64,000 nt of DNA, from positions 78,695 to 142,694 of the forward strand of contig JBBFKW010000012.1 of the NCBI GenBank assembly GCA_037481835.1, read 5' to 3'. The DNA is from Desulfosoma sp. GTDB lineage: Bacteria > Desulfobacterota > Syntrophobacteria > Syntrophobacterales > DSM-9756. This document shows positions 1-10,548 of the stretch, piece after piece. A program made the translations under genes and the position numbers. The notes beneath the pieces were generated by a model. That model searched no databases. It was not told where the DNA came from and saw nothing but the letters and a program-made list of their open reading frames with translations. Within the stretch, counting starts at the first letter, position 1. Every line of letters starts with the position of its first letter.

Positions 1-77
1 GTGCGAGCACCATTGAGTCCCCAAAGGTCGCCGGCCCTGATGGTAAGGGGACTCGAACAATCCTTCAAACAAAATCC

Positions 78-1079
78 ATGACGCTTCCTCACGACCGCGA
101 CGACACCTCCGGGCACCATCTGTTCCTGGGATTTGAAGGCATCGCGTGGACGGAAACCCTGCGTGCCCGGCTGAGCGCTCTGCGCCCCGGGGGGTTGGTT
201 CTTTTCCGCCGAAACATTCAGGACGCCGAGCAGTTGAGGGACCTCATCCAGGAAGCGGGGGCGTGGGCCCGCGCCGAACTGGGCCGAGGGCTCCTGTGGG
301 CCGTGGACGAAGAAGGCGGTACGGTGCAAAGACTTTCCGCCCTTCTCGGGCCGGCCCCGGCGGCCTTAGAGCTTGCCGAAGGAGGTGAGGACGCCCTTGA
401 GCGCTGCGTGTCGAAAACCGCTGGTGGGCTTTGCGATTTGGGGATCCACATCAATTTTGCGCCTGTTCTCGATGTGGTGGAAGCCCCGCAGAGCCATTTT
501 CTCGGATCCCGATCTTTGGGCTCCAGCCCGGAAGCTACGGCTCGGCTGGGCGCCCTTTGGATCCGAACCCTGCAGGAAAACGGGGTTGCCGCAACGGCCA
601 AACATTTCCCGGGACTGGGCGCCGCGCGCCTGGACCCCCATCATCGGCTCCCCATCCTGGACGAAGACTGCGCCGAAAAGGCCCACCGGGATCTTTTGCC
701 TTTTCGAGAGGCGGTTCGCTGCGGCGTGCGGGCCGTGATGACATCCCATGCCGTGTACCGCTTTTGGGATGCGGACTGGCCCGCCACGCTTTCCGTGAAG
801 ATCAACAAGGAACTGCTTCGGGACCGTTGGGGCTTCGGTGGGGTGCTTTTTTCCGATGACCTGGACATGAAGGCCGTCGGGGGCCGCTATGATCCCGAAA
901 CCATCGTGCGCCGAAGCCTTCTGGCCACGGTGGACGGGTTGCTTGTCTGCCAAGATGAAAACAGTGCCGACGCTTTCGCGAGAGCCCTCTTCGACGGGAT
1001 CCGCCGCCATCGGGATCTGGAGGAGGCGCACCGGCGTTCCCTCGACCGCCTTCGCGCCCTGTCGGCATCTTTTTTTTGA
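78..1079 (+). CDS. nagZ: beta-N-acetylhexosaminidase, GH3 family (NagZ-like)
   Basis: GH3 motifs AVDEEGGTVQR, NFAPVLDV, KHFPGLG...DPH, FSDDLDM. Confidence 0.85.
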   Translation: MTLPHDRDDTSGHHLFLGFEGIAWTETLRARLSALRPGGLVLFRRNIQDAEQLRDLIQEAGAWARAELGRGLLWAVDEEGGTVQRLSALLGPAPAALELAEGGEDALERCVSKTAGGLCDLGIHINFAPVLDVVEAPQSHFLGSRSLGSSPEATARLGALWIRTLQENGVAATAKHFPGLGAARLDPHHRLPILDEDCAEKAHRDLLPFREAVRCGVRAVMTSHAVYRFWDADWPATLSVKINKELLRDRWGFGGVLFSDDLDMKAVGGRYDPETIVRRSLLATVDGLLVCQDENSADAFARALFDGIRRHRDLEEAHRRSLDRLRALSASFF

Positions 1080-1134
1080 CAACCGCGCCGGTCTATTCTA
1101 GGTTTCAAGCTTTCACACAACCGAGGAGAGACCT

Positions 1135-2322
1135 ATGAATTTCAACATCGAGCAATTTACCCGCATGCGCCGCCTGCCGCCTTATGTGTTCGCCCAGGTG
1201 AACGCCTTGAAGATGGAGAGGCGACGGGCCGGCGAAGACATTATCGACTTGGGCATGGGCAATCCCGACGTGCCGACGCCCCAACATATCGTGGACAAAC
1301 TGGTGGAGGCGGCGCAAAAACCCCATAACCACCGCTATTCGGCATCCCGGGGGATTACCAAGTTGCGCCACGCCATCGCCGACTGGTACAAGCGCCGATA
1401 CGACGTGGACGTGGATCCCGAGGCGGAAGCCGTCGTCACCATCGGGGCCAAGGAAGGCTTGTCCCACTTGGTGTTGGCCTTGGTAAACCCTGGGGATGTG
1501 GTCTTTTCGCCCAACCCCACCTATCCCATCCACCCCTATTCGGTCATCATCGCCGGGGGCGATCTGCGCTCCATCCCCATCGGGCCGGATCGGGACTTTT
1601 TCGAAGACCTTCAAATCGCGGCCAAACAGACCTGGCCGCGCCCGAAGATGCTCATCATTTCCTTTCCGCACAACCCCACGACGGCCGTGGTGGATCTCGC
1701 CTTTTTCGAAAAGGTGGTCTCCTTCGCCAAGGACCACCACCTCATGGTCATTCACGACCTGGCCTATGCGGATCTCGTCTTCGACGGCTATGAGGCGCCG
1801 AGCATTTTGCAGGTCCCGGGGGCCAAAGAGGTGGCCGTGGAATTCTTTTCCATGTCCAAGAGCTACAGCATGGCCGGGTGGCGCGTGGGCTTTTGCGTCG
1901 GCAACCGCGAAATGGTGGGCGCCTTGACGCGCCTTAAGAGTTACCTGGATTACGGCATCTTTCAGCCCATCCAGATCGCGGCCATCATCGCCCTAAACGG
2001 CGATCAGTCCTGCGTCAAAGAAATTGTGGACATCTACCGATCCCGGCGGGACGTTTTGGTGGATGGCCTCCAGCGCATCGGCTGGGCCATGGAAAAACCC
2101 AAGGGGACCATGTTCGTGTGGGCGCCCATACCCGAGCGGTTTCGGTCCATGGGGTCCGTGGAATTTTCCAAGTTTCTCATCGAAAAGGCCAAGGTGGCCG
2201 TCTCGCCCGGCTTGGGCTTCGGCGAATACGGCGACGACCATGTCCGCTTCGCTTTGGTGGAAAACGAAATGCGCATTAAACAAGCCATCCGCGGCATCCG
2301 CAAGGCCCTGCAGGACGCCTGA
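1135..2322 (+). CDS. alaC: PLP-dependent class I/II aminotransferase (AlaC-like)
   Basis: [52 protein letters not shown] about 55 nt upstream. Confidence 0.8.
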   Translation: MNFNIEQFTRMRRLPPYVFAQVNALKMERRRAGEDIIDLGMGNPDVPTPQHIVDKLVEAAQKPHNHRYSASRGITKLRHAIADWYKRRYDVDVDPEAEAVVTIGAKEGLSHLVLALVNPGDVVFSPNPTYPIHPYSVIIAGGDLRSIPIGPDRDFFEDLQIAAKQTWPRPKMLIISFPHNPTTAVVDLAFFEKVVSFAKDHHLMVIHDLAYADLVFDGYEAPSILQVPGAKEVAVEFFSMSKSYSMAGWRVGFCVGNREMVGALTRLKSYLDYGIFQPIQIAAIIALNGDQSCVKEIVDIYRSRRDVLVDGLQRIGWAMEKPKGTMFVWAPIPERFRSMGSVEFSKFLIEKAKVAVSPGLGFGEYGDDHVRFALVENEMRIKQAIRGIRKALQDA

Positions 2323-2355
2323 TCCGGTGCGGCGATGGAGGAGCACTCGACGGCC

Positions 2356-3684
2356 ATGGAATCCATACGCATCGGTTTGATCGGCTGGGGCACCGTGGGA
2401 TGCGGAATGCTCCGCACCCTGCAAGAAAACGCCCGGGAAATCCATGCGCGCTTGGGCGTTCGGTTGGACGTGGCCCGTGTGGCCGACCTGGATCTGGAAA
2501 CCCCTCGACCCGTCAGCGTCGAGCCTCACATCCTGACCCGCTCGGCTCAAGACATTTTGGATGATCCATCCATCCACATCGTGGTGGAACTCATCGGCGG
2601 CATAGAACCCGCGAGAAGTTTCCTGATGAAAGCCCTGGAGCGGGGCAAGCACGTGGTCACGGCCAACAAGGCCTTGCTGGCCCATCATGGAAACGAAATT
2701 TTTGACTTTGCAGCGCGGTGCGGCCGCTCCGTGGGTTTTGAAGCGTCCGTGGCGGGAGGGATCCCGCTCCTCAAGGCCATCCGGGAAGGGCTTGCCGCCA
2801 ATCGGCTGGACACCCTGTTCGGCATCCTGAACGGTACGGCCAACTATATCCTGACCCGCATGACGGAAAACGGCCTGCCTTTTTCCGAGGCCCTCGCCGA
2901 AGCCCAACGGAAGGGCTACGCGGAAGCGGACCCCACCCTGGATGTGGACGGGATTGATACGGCCCATAAACTGGCCATCGCCGGAGCCATGGGGTTCGGG
3001 ACGCCCATTCGCTTCGACCGCGTCTATGTGGAAGGGATTCGGGACATCGACCCCCTGGACGTGCAGTTTGCCTCAGAATTCGGCTACCGCCTCAAACTGC
3101 TTGCCATCGCCCGCAGTGCCGACGGCCAGCTGGAACTCCGCGTCCATCCGACCCTCATTCCCGAACAGCATGTCCTGGCCAGTGTTCGAGGCGCCTACAA
3201 CGCCGTGCACATCCACGGAAACGCCGTCGGAAGCATCATGCTCTACGGCCTGGGAGCCGGCATGATGCCCACGGGAAGCGCCGTCGTTGCCGACATCGTG
3301 GATCTGGCTCGGGACATCACCCTGGGAATTGCCAACCGCGTTCCTCCACTGGGTTTCCTGCCGACTCAGACGACCGACATGCCGGTAAAATCCATGGACG
3401 ACGTGGTGACGCGGTACTATTTCCGCTTTTCGGCGGTGGACCGCCCGGGAGTGCTTTCCAAGATTTCGGGCATTCTGGGCGCAAACCAGATCAGCATCGC
3501 CGCCGTCATCCAAAAAGGGCGGGAAGTGGAAGGTGCCGTCCCCATCGTCATGCTGACCCATGAGGCGGTTGAAAAGGACGTGCGCCGATCCCTGGAAGCC
3601 ATCGACCGTTTGGACATCGTGCGCGGCACGACGCGGCTCATCCGCATCGAGGACCGGGCCGACAACGCCGCCCCCAGTGCATAA
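2356..3684 (+). CDS. hom: homoserine dehydrogenase with C-terminal ACT domain
   Basis: GWGTVG, VVTANK, FEASVAGGIP, GILNGT, EADPTLDVDG, DRPGVL; start 2356 (GGAGGAG RBS) or 2335. Confidence 0.95.
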   Translation: MESIRIGLIGWGTVGCGMLRTLQENAREIHARLGVRLDVARVADLDLETPRPVSVEPHILTRSAQDILDDPSIHIVVELIGGIEPARSFLMKALERGKHVVTANKALLAHHGNEIFDFAARCGRSVGFEASVAGGIPLLKAIREGLAANRLDTLFGILNGTANYILTRMTENGLPFSEALAEAQRKGYAEADPTLDVDGIDTAHKLAIAGAMGFGTPIRFDRVYVEGIRDIDPLDVQFASEFGYRLKLLAIARSADGQLELRVHPTLIPEQHVLASVRGAYNAVHIHGNAVGSIMLYGLGAGMMPTGSAVVADIVDLARDITLGIANRVPPLGFLPTQTTDMPVKSMDDVVTRYYFRFSAVDRPGVLSKISGILGANQISIAAVIQKGREVEGAVPIVMLTHEAVEKDVRRSLEAIDRLDIVRGTTRLIRIEDRADNAAPSA

Positions 3685-3693
3685 GGCCGCATC

Positions 3694-4926
3694 ATGACGA
3701 AGCCGAAATACGTGATCTTGGTGGGAGACGGCATGGGAGACTACCCGGTGGCGTCCCTGGGAGGGCGCACGCCGCTGGAAGTGGCTCACACCCCGTTCAT
3801 GTCCCGTGTCGCCCGAATGGGCGAAATCGGGACGGTGCAAACCATCCCCTTAGGGATGGAGCCGGGAAGCGATATCGCCAACATGGCCCTGCTAGGCTAC
3901 GACCCGGCCGTCTACCATACGGGCCGGGCGCCCTTGGAAGCGGCAAGCCTCGGCGTCTCCCTCGGCCCGAGCGAAACGGCTTTCCGATGCAACCTTGTGA
4001 ATCTGGAACGGGACCCCGACGGCACGGAGCGCATGGGGGATTATTCCGCCGGCCATATTTCCACGGCTGAAGCCCGTGAACTCATCGGCGCCTTGCAGCC
4101 CGCATGCGAAGGGCTTCCTCTAAAGCTTTACCCCGGGGTGAGCTACCGGCATCTGGTGGTCTGGGAAGGCGGACCAAGGACGCTGGCAACCACGCCGCCC
4201 CACGACATCATCGGGCAGCCGACCGAGAACTACGCCGAAGTTTACGAGAAAACGGACGTTCTCCGAATTTTCATGACCCGGTGCCGGCATATCTTGGCCG
4301 ATCATCCCGTCAATCGCAGAAGGCGGGACACAGGGCTTCGGGACGCCAATGCGGTATGGCTCTGGGGACAAGGGCGCGCTCCGTCCATGCCCACGCTCCA
4401 GGACCTTTTCGGCATCCGCGGCGTTATGATTTCCGCCGTAGACCTTTTGAAGGGACTGGGCATTTACGCCGGATTGACCCCTCTTCATGTTCCAGGCGCA
4501 ACCGGCTACCTGGACACCAACTACGCCGGAAAGGTGAGCGCCGCTCTTGAGGCGTTACAGGAGATGGATTTGGCTTTCGTCCACGTGGAAGCTCCAGACG
4601 AAGCCGGCCACGAAGGAAGTCTGACGAAAAAAGTGCAAGCCATCGAGGACTTCGATAAGAAAATCGTCGGCCCCATCGTGGACGGCCTGGCTCACTACGG
4701 GCGATGCCACGTGCTCATCGCCGCGGATCACCTCACGCCGCTCAGCGTTCGAACCCACGTGGCCGACCCTTCCCTGTTTGCGTTGTTCAAGGGAAACTTG
4801 AAAGCCAACGTCGCGGATGAGCGGAACATGGTGTTTTGCGAAGCGGCCGCTCGGGAATCGGGCTTGCACATGGACAGCGGAACGGCCCTTTTCCGTCGCT
4901 TTTTGGACGGCCCCCCTCACCCCTAG
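3694..4926 (+). CDS. apgM: cofactor-independent phosphoglycerate mutase, ApgM family (proposed homoserine-kinase-like subgroup)
   Basis: GDGMGD, PGSDIAN, TGRAPLEA, HVEAPDEAGH, ADH; directly after hom. Confidence 0.85.
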   Translation: MTKPKYVILVGDGMGDYPVASLGGRTPLEVAHTPFMSRVARMGEIGTVQTIPLGMEPGSDIANMALLGYDPAVYHTGRAPLEAASLGVSLGPSETAFRCNLVNLERDPDGTERMGDYSAGHISTAEARELIGALQPACEGLPLKLYPGVSYRHLVVWEGGPRTLATTPPHDIIGQPTENYAEVYEKTDVLRIFMTRCRHILADHPVNRRRRDTGLRDANAVWLWGQGRAPSMPTLQDLFGIRGVMISAVDLLKGLGIYAGLTPLHVPGATGYLDTNYAGKVSAALEALQEMDLAFVHVEAPDEAGHEGSLTKKVQAIEDFDKKIVGPIVDGLAHYGRCHVLIAADHLTPLSVRTHVADPSLFALFKGNLKANVADERNMVFCEAAARESGLHMDSGTALFRRFLDGPPHP

Positions 4927-4981
4927 CCGCGGCGGCCCCGATCCTGCGCGATCCGGCTTTTCACGATTTCACGGAATCACG

Positions 4982-5437
4982 ATGAGAGAGCCCCCTTCAC
5001 CAAAGACACGAGCGGTTCTTCGAGTCCTCTACGGCGACACCGACGCCATGGGACAGGCCTACTACGGCCAGTACATGCGCTGGTTCGAGGCGGGGAGAGC
5101 CGAATGGTTTCGGCGGCTGGGGACAAGCTATCGACGCCTGGAAGAACAAGGCATCTTTCTTCCGGTGATCGAGGCCCACTGCCGTTACCTGAAGCCGGCT
5201 TTTTACGACGATGTCTTGGAAATCGAAACGTGTTTCCATTTTCCCGCCCCAGCGCGGCTGCGCTTCGATTACATCGTGCACCGGCAAAATCCGCCGGACC
5301 TGCTGGCTCGGGGATATACGGTCCACGTGTGCGTCAACGAGGAACGAAAGCCTCTAAAACCCCCGATGTGGCTCCGCGACCTCCTCGCCCCCAACGCCGT
5401 TTGGGACCTCGCCGGCCAAGAGGGAGCCCCGTCATGA
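4982..5437 (+). CDS. acyl-CoA thioesterase, YbgC/FadM hotdog family
   Basis: RVLYGDTDAMGQAYYGQYMRWFEAGR; start set at ATG 4982. Confidence 0.85.
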   Translation: MREPPSPKTRAVLRVLYGDTDAMGQAYYGQYMRWFEAGRAEWFRRLGTSYRRLEEQGIFLPVIEAHCRYLKPAFYDDVLEIETCFHFPAPARLRFDYIVHRQNPPDLLARGYTVHVCVNEERKPLKPPMWLRDLLAPNAVWDLAGQEGAPS

Positions 5438-6174
5438 TCATTTATCCCGCCATCGATTTGAAAGACGGCCGATGCGTGCGCCTCATGCAAGGGGATATGG
5501 CTCGAGCCACCGTTTACGGCACGGATCCTGTAGCCGTGGCCCGGCATTGGGTGTCCCAAGGCGCCCAATGGCTCCATGTGGTGGATCTGGACGGCGCCTT
5601 TGCCAAGACGCCCAAGAACCGCGAGGTTATCGCCGCCATCGTCAAGGCGGTTTCGGTCCCCGTCCAACTGGGGGGCGGCATCCGGGCCATGGAAACCGTT
5701 CAAGACTATGTGGACTTGGGAGTGCAGCGGATCGTTTTGGGCACATGGGCGCTTCGGGATCCCAAGGTCGTGGAAGCGGCCTGTGGTCGTTTCCCAGGCC
5801 GAATCGCCTTGGGGATCGACGCCCGCGACGGATTCGTTGCCGTGGAAGGATGGACGGAAACGACCCGGGAAGAAGCCGTGGCCTTCGCCCGCCGATTCGA
5901 CGGATCGGGACTGAGCGCCATCATCTACACGGACATCCAGCGGGACGGGATGCAGTCCGGGGTCAACGTGGAAGCGACGCGGCGGCTGTGCGCCGCCGTG
6001 TCCACACCGGTCATCGCCTCGGGCGGCGTGGCCTCGTGGGACGACATCGAAGCCCTGGTGCCCTTGGTTCCCCTGGGCCTCGACGGCGTGATTACGGGAA
6101 GAGCCCTCTACACCGGCACGCTGAACCTCAAGGAAGCCCTTCGGCGTCTCAGGTCCCTCAAGGCCGATCCCTGA
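5434..6174 (+). CDS. hisA: HisA isomerase
   Basis: MIIYPAIDLKDGRCVRL, LHVVDLDGA, QLGGGIR, YTDIQRDG; ATGA overlap with upstream gene. Confidence 0.95.
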   Translation: MIIYPAIDLKDGRCVRLMQGDMARATVYGTDPVAVARHWVSQGAQWLHVVDLDGAFAKTPKNREVIAAIVKAVSVPVQLGGGIRAMETVQDYVDLGVQRIVLGTWALRDPKVVEAACGRFPGRIALGIDARDGFVAVEGWTETTREEAVAFARRFDGSGLSAIIYTDIQRDGMQSGVNVEATRRLCAAVSTPVIASGGVASWDDIEALVPLVPLGLDGVITGRALYTGTLNLKEALRRLRSLKADP

Positions 6175-6261
6175 AAACATCCCGCTCGCCCCGTCTTTTT
6201 GCCTGCGGATGCCCCATCCTGCACAGAACTCAAGGACCCAGAAGATTTAGGAGGTTCACCC

Positions 6262-6711
6262 ATGGAATTGCTCCAACAACTTGAGCACGCCCTGAAAGAG
6301 GCCATCAAGAGCCGGGACGAAGACCGGCGAAACGCCTTGCGCATGGTGCTGACGGCCATCAAGAACAAAGAAAAGGAACTGCGGCGTCAGCCGTCGGAGT
6401 CGGAAATTCATCAACTCATTGCGGGGGCCATCAAACAACGGAAAGATTCCATCGAACAGTTTTTGCGCGGCGGCCGAAAGGATCTGGCGGACAAGGAAAC
6501 CAAGGAGATCGAAGTTCTCCAGTCCTTCCTGCCAACCCCTCTGGACCCGGAGGCTCTCAAGAATCTCATCCGGGAAGTCATCCGCGAAACGGGGGCGACG
6601 TCCCTCAAGGACATGGGCAAGGTCATGAAGGCCCTCATGCCCCGGGTTTCAGGCCGGGCCGACGGCAAAACGGTCAACGACATGGTGAAAGGGGAGCTGG
6701 GCGGGACCTGA
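6262..6711 (+). CDS. GatB/YqeY domain protein
   Basis: KQRKDSIEQF, DMGKVMK, GRADGK; AGGAGG RBS; upstream of dnaG. Confidence 0.9.
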   Translation: MELLQQLEHALKEAIKSRDEDRRNALRMVLTAIKNKEKELRRQPSESEIHQLIAGAIKQRKDSIEQFLRGGRKDLADKETKEIEVLQSFLPTPLDPEALKNLIREVIRETGATSLKDMGKVMKALMPRVSGRADGKTVNDMVKGELGGT

Positions 6712-6854
6712 AGGCCGGCAGCGGCTTGGGGTCGACGGGGATGAAAAAGTGAGCTTTTCTTCTTGATCGGGAGGCTCTGAGAGGATAAATATATAAAGTT
6801 TTGGGTCGGAAGCCGACCCCGTGGATTGCGACTCTTCCAAAGTGGCGAGGGGCG

Positions 6855-8639
6855 GTGACCACATCGGATGCGGCAACACGCATTAAACAGGCTGTGGACG
6901 TCTTGGATCTCATCGGGAGCGCCGTCCCGCTGAAGCGGGTCGGCACCCGTTACGTGGGCCTGTGCCCGTTTCACCGTGAAAAGACGCCCTCTTTCCAGGT
7001 GGACGCCTCGGCGGGGCTTTTCTATTGTTTCGGGTGCGGGGCCGGAGGTGACGTGATCACCTTTACCATGCGCCACTGGAATCTCACCTTCCCGGAAGCC
7101 GTCAAATACCTGGCCGACCGCTATCATGTGCCGCTCCCAGAGACTCTCTTAGGGCCTTCCAAAGAAAAGCCCGAAGTGCTCACGGCGCTCTCCCGAACCT
7201 TGGAAATCGCGTGCGATTTTTTCGCCAGCCGCCTGCACCACCCGGAACAAGGCCGAACGGCTCGGGATTATATCCAAAAGCGAGGCCTGCCCCCCGACCT
7301 AGTCCGGTCGCAGCGCCTCGGATACGCCCCTCAGGGCTGGGATTCGCTCCTGCGGCATCTCAAATCCAAGGGGATCGACCCCGAAACGGCCGTCCGCTCG
7401 GGACTCGTCGTGCGTTCCGATAAGGGCACCTTTTACGACCGGTTTCGACATCGGCTCATGTTTCCCATCTTGGCTCCGGACGGCTCCCTCGTGGCCTTCG
7501 GCGGCCGCAGTCTGGACGGCACGGAACCCAAATACCTCAACAGCCCGGAAACGGACGTCTACCACAAAGGCCGAACTCTCTACCAGTACACCACGGCTCG
7601 GGAGGCTTGCCGGGACGCGCGCCAGGTGCTCCTGGTGGAAGGATACATGGATGCGCTCGCATTCCACGCCCAGGGCTTTTACCGCGTCGTCGCCACCCTC
7701 GGCACCGCCCTTACCCCCCACCAAGTGCGCCTCCTCCAGCGCTTGGCCGATGAGGTCGTTCTCGTCTACGACGGCGACGCTTCAGGTCAGAAAGCCATGC
7801 TTCGGGCCGTGCCGCTTTTTTTGCAGCAGGGACTTGCCGCCAGCTGCCTGACCCTGCCGGCCGGCATGGACCCGGATGATTATCTGAGAACCCACGGCCT
7901 GCAGGCCTTTCTCGAATGTCTTCCCACGCGCCGGGAAATCGCAACCTTCGCCGTGGACGCCATCGCCCGGACATGGGACGGCACGGTTCAAGATAAAGTC
8001 CGGGTCATCAAGGAGCTGGAAAGCCTTGTGGGAGAAGTTCGGGAGGTCATCGTGCGGGACGAAATGATACGGCTCCTTGCGCAGAAGCTTTCCCTTCCCG
8101 AAGCGGTGGTGCACAGCCATTTTGCCGGATCCGGCCGCAGGGTTCCAAGCGCGCGGCGGACAATCCGTGCCCCAGGAGCCCTCACGAGGGCTACGGCAGG
8201 AGACGTCCCGTCGGTGGAAGAAACCGTGGTGCGCTTGATCCTCCAATACCCCCGTCTTGCCAGGGACGCCATGGCCCTGGGGCTTCTCGACCTCGTGGAA
8301 CCCTCTCCCATGGCCGCCCTTCTCGAGGCGATGCTCGCTCAGGCGCAACAGGATCCCTCCGAAGACTTCTCCTTGGCCTCTGTGGTTTTCCCCGACGAAC
8401 AAACTCAGACGCTCCTGGCGCGCCTCATGATGGAAAAAGACGACAACCCCCTGAATGAAGAGGATGCGCGGCTTGTCTTGGAAGAAAGAATCCAGAGCTT
8501 GGTCAAGCGCCGCCGAAAAAAGAGACTTGCAGAACTTCGAACGGCTCTCGCTCATGCCGACAAATCGGGCGATGCGCAGGCTCGAAAAAAATTGCTGGAA
8601 GAATACCAAGCCCTTTGCGCGGCCGAAAGAAGGGGTTAA
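6855..8639 (+). CDS. dnaG: DNA primase
   Basis: CHC2 zinc finger CPFH..C..C, KYLNSPET, TOPRIM VEGYMD, YDGD, DPD; probable GTG start 6855. Confidence 0.95.
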   Translation: MTTSDAATRIKQAVDVLDLIGSAVPLKRVGTRYVGLCPFHREKTPSFQVDASAGLFYCFGCGAGGDVITFTMRHWNLTFPEAVKYLADRYHVPLPETLLGPSKEKPEVLTALSRTLEIACDFFASRLHHPEQGRTARDYIQKRGLPPDLVRSQRLGYAPQGWDSLLRHLKSKGIDPETAVRSGLVVRSDKGTFYDRFRHRLMFPILAPDGSLVAFGGRSLDGTEPKYLNSPETDVYHKGRTLYQYTTAREACRDARQVLLVEGYMDALAFHAQGFYRVVATLGTALTPHQVRLLQRLADEVVLVYDGDASGQKAMLRAVPLFLQQGLAASCLTLPAGMDPDDYLRTHGLQAFLECLPTRREIATFAVDAIARTWDGTVQDKVRVIKELESLVGEVREVIVRDEMIRLLAQKLSLPEAVVHSHFAGSGRRVPSARRTIRAPGALTRATAGDVPSVEETVVRLILQYPRLARDAMALGLLDLVEPSPMAALLEAMLAQAQQDPSEDFSLASVVFPDEQTQTLLARLMMEKDDNPLNEEDARLVLEERIQSLVKRRRKKRLAELRTALAHADKSGDAQARKKLLEEYQALCAAERRG

Positions 8640-8674
8640 AGGTTTAGAGAACCCACCGAAGGAGTCAGCGACCT

Positions 8675-10471
8675 ATGACGGAAGAGTCCAAGAAGCATTC
8701 CGAAGAAACCTCCCAAAAACGGCCCGGACTGGAAGACCTTAAAAGATTGATCAGCGCCGGCAAGGAAAAGGGCTACCTGACCTACGACGAGCTCAACGAA
8801 GTCCTGCCCGATGATCTGGTGACGCCGGAAAAGCTGGACGACATGATGATGATCTTCGATGAGATGAACATCGAGATCGTCGATTCGGACCAACAGGTCA
8901 AGGTGGTCAAGGAACGCACCAGCGACGACGAAGTGGAAGAAGACGACGGCGAAGAAGAAGCCGCTCTGGATGTGGACGCGGAAGGCCGGGTCACCGATCC
9001 GGTCAAGATGTATTTGCGGGAGATGGGGCAGGTGTCCCTGCTCACCCGGGAAGGCGAAGTGGAAATCGCCAAACGCATCGAAGCGGGGGAGCGGGAGGTC
9101 TTTAACGCCCTAATGGAGTCGTCCCTCGGGGTGGAAGAGATCCTTTCCATCAAGGAGGATTTGGAAAGCGGACGCACCAAGATCCACGAAGTGCTCATCG
9201 CCAGCGAAGATGAAATGCCCGAGGAAGAAAAGGAACTGCTGCGACACAAGGTCATCGACATTTTGGAGCAGGTCAAGAGCCTGGACGCCGAAGTTCGGCA
9301 AAAGCAGGTGCGTCTCATTTCCGAAGACCTTCAGCCTGCGGAAAAAGACCTGTTGACGGCGGAGGTTCAAGCCAAAAAGGAACAGATCGTCAGCCTCCTC
9401 AAGAACCTCCAGCTGGACAAGCACCAGATCGACCGCATCGTGGCCAAGCTCCGATCCTACCTGGAATCCATCGAGCAAGCGGAAAAGGACCTGGAACACT
9501 GTCTGCTGGTCACCGGAAAACCTTTGACGGAGCTGCAGCGATGGATTGAGGAGATGGATCGAGACGAGGCCGAGCTGCGCGCGCACGCGGCCCGTCTCGG
9601 CATGTCGCGGGAAGACCTTGTGGCCCTCATTCGGCGCGCCGTTCAAGCCCGGGAACAGATCACGGCTTTCGAGATGAAGGCCAAGATGGATTCCAAAAGC
9701 CTTCGGCTCATCCTGAGGAAGGTGGAAGACGGCATGGCCCGGGCCAAACAGGCCAAGAGCGAGCTTATCGAGGCCAACCTGCGATTGGTGGTCAGCATCG
9801 CCAAGAAATACACCAATCGCGGCCTCCAGTTCTTGGACCTCATTCAAGAAGGCAACATCGGGCTCATGAAAGCCGTGGACAAATTCGAATATCAGCGGGG
9901 CTATAAGTTCAGCACTTATGCAACCTGGTGGATTCGCCAGGCCATCACGCGGGCCATCGCCGACCAAGCCCGAACCATCCGCATCCCCGTGCACATGATC
10001 GAAACGATCAACAAACTCATCCGCACCTCCCGCTACTTGGTCCAGGAACTGGGCCGGGAACCCACTCCGGAGGAAATCGCGGAACGAATGGATTTTCCTG
10101 TGGACAAGGTCCGCAAGGTGCTCAAGATCGCCAAGGAACCCATCAGCTTGGAAACCCCCATCGGCGAAGAAGAAGACAGTCACTTGGGCGATTTTATCGA
10201 AGACCGCCGCGTCACATCGCCTGTGGATGCGGTCATCAATTTGAACCTCAGTGAACAGACGCGAAAGGTCCTGGCGACCCTGACCCCTCGGGAGGAGAAG
10301 GTGCTGCGGATGCGCTTCGGCATCGGAGAAAAATCCGACCACACCCTGGAAGAAGTGGGGCAGGATTTTCACGTCACCCGGGAACGCATCCGTCAGATCG
10401 AAGCCAAGGCACTGAGGAAACTTCGACACCCCAGCCGCCGCAAGGAACTCAAAAGCTTTATCGAAACATGA
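8675..10471 (+). CDS. rpoD: primary RNA polymerase sigma factor
   Basis: region 1.1, [48 protein letters not shown]. Confidence 0.98.
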   Translation: MTEESKKHSEETSQKRPGLEDLKRLISAGKEKGYLTYDELNEVLPDDLVTPEKLDDMMMIFDEMNIEIVDSDQQVKVVKERTSDDEVEEDDGEEEAALDVDAEGRVTDPVKMYLREMGQVSLLTREGEVEIAKRIEAGEREVFNALMESSLGVEEILSIKEDLESGRTKIHEVLIASEDEMPEEEKELLRHKVIDILEQVKSLDAEVRQKQVRLISEDLQPAEKDLLTAEVQAKKEQIVSLLKNLQLDKHQIDRIVAKLRSYLESIEQAEKDLEHCLLVTGKPLTELQRWIEEMDRDEAELRAHAARLGMSREDLVALIRRAVQAREQITAFEMKAKMDSKSLRLILRKVEDGMARAKQAKSELIEANLRLVVSIAKKYTNRGLQFLDLIQEGNIGLMKAVDKFEYQRGYKFSTYATWWIRQAITRAIADQARTIRIPVHMIETINKLIRTSRYLVQELGREPTPEEIAERMDFPVDKVRKVLKIAKEPISLETPIGEEEDSHLGDFIEDRRVTSPVDAVINLNLSEQTRKVLATLTPREEKVLRMRFGIGEKSDHTLEEVGQDFHVTRERIRQIEAKALRKLRHPSRRKELKSFIET

Positions 10472-10548
10472 AAGACTCAGGCGGCACGCCGCGTGCCCCG
10501 CGCGCCGTCTGGAAAAATCATGGGCTCGGCGAAACTTTTGAGGATTTC

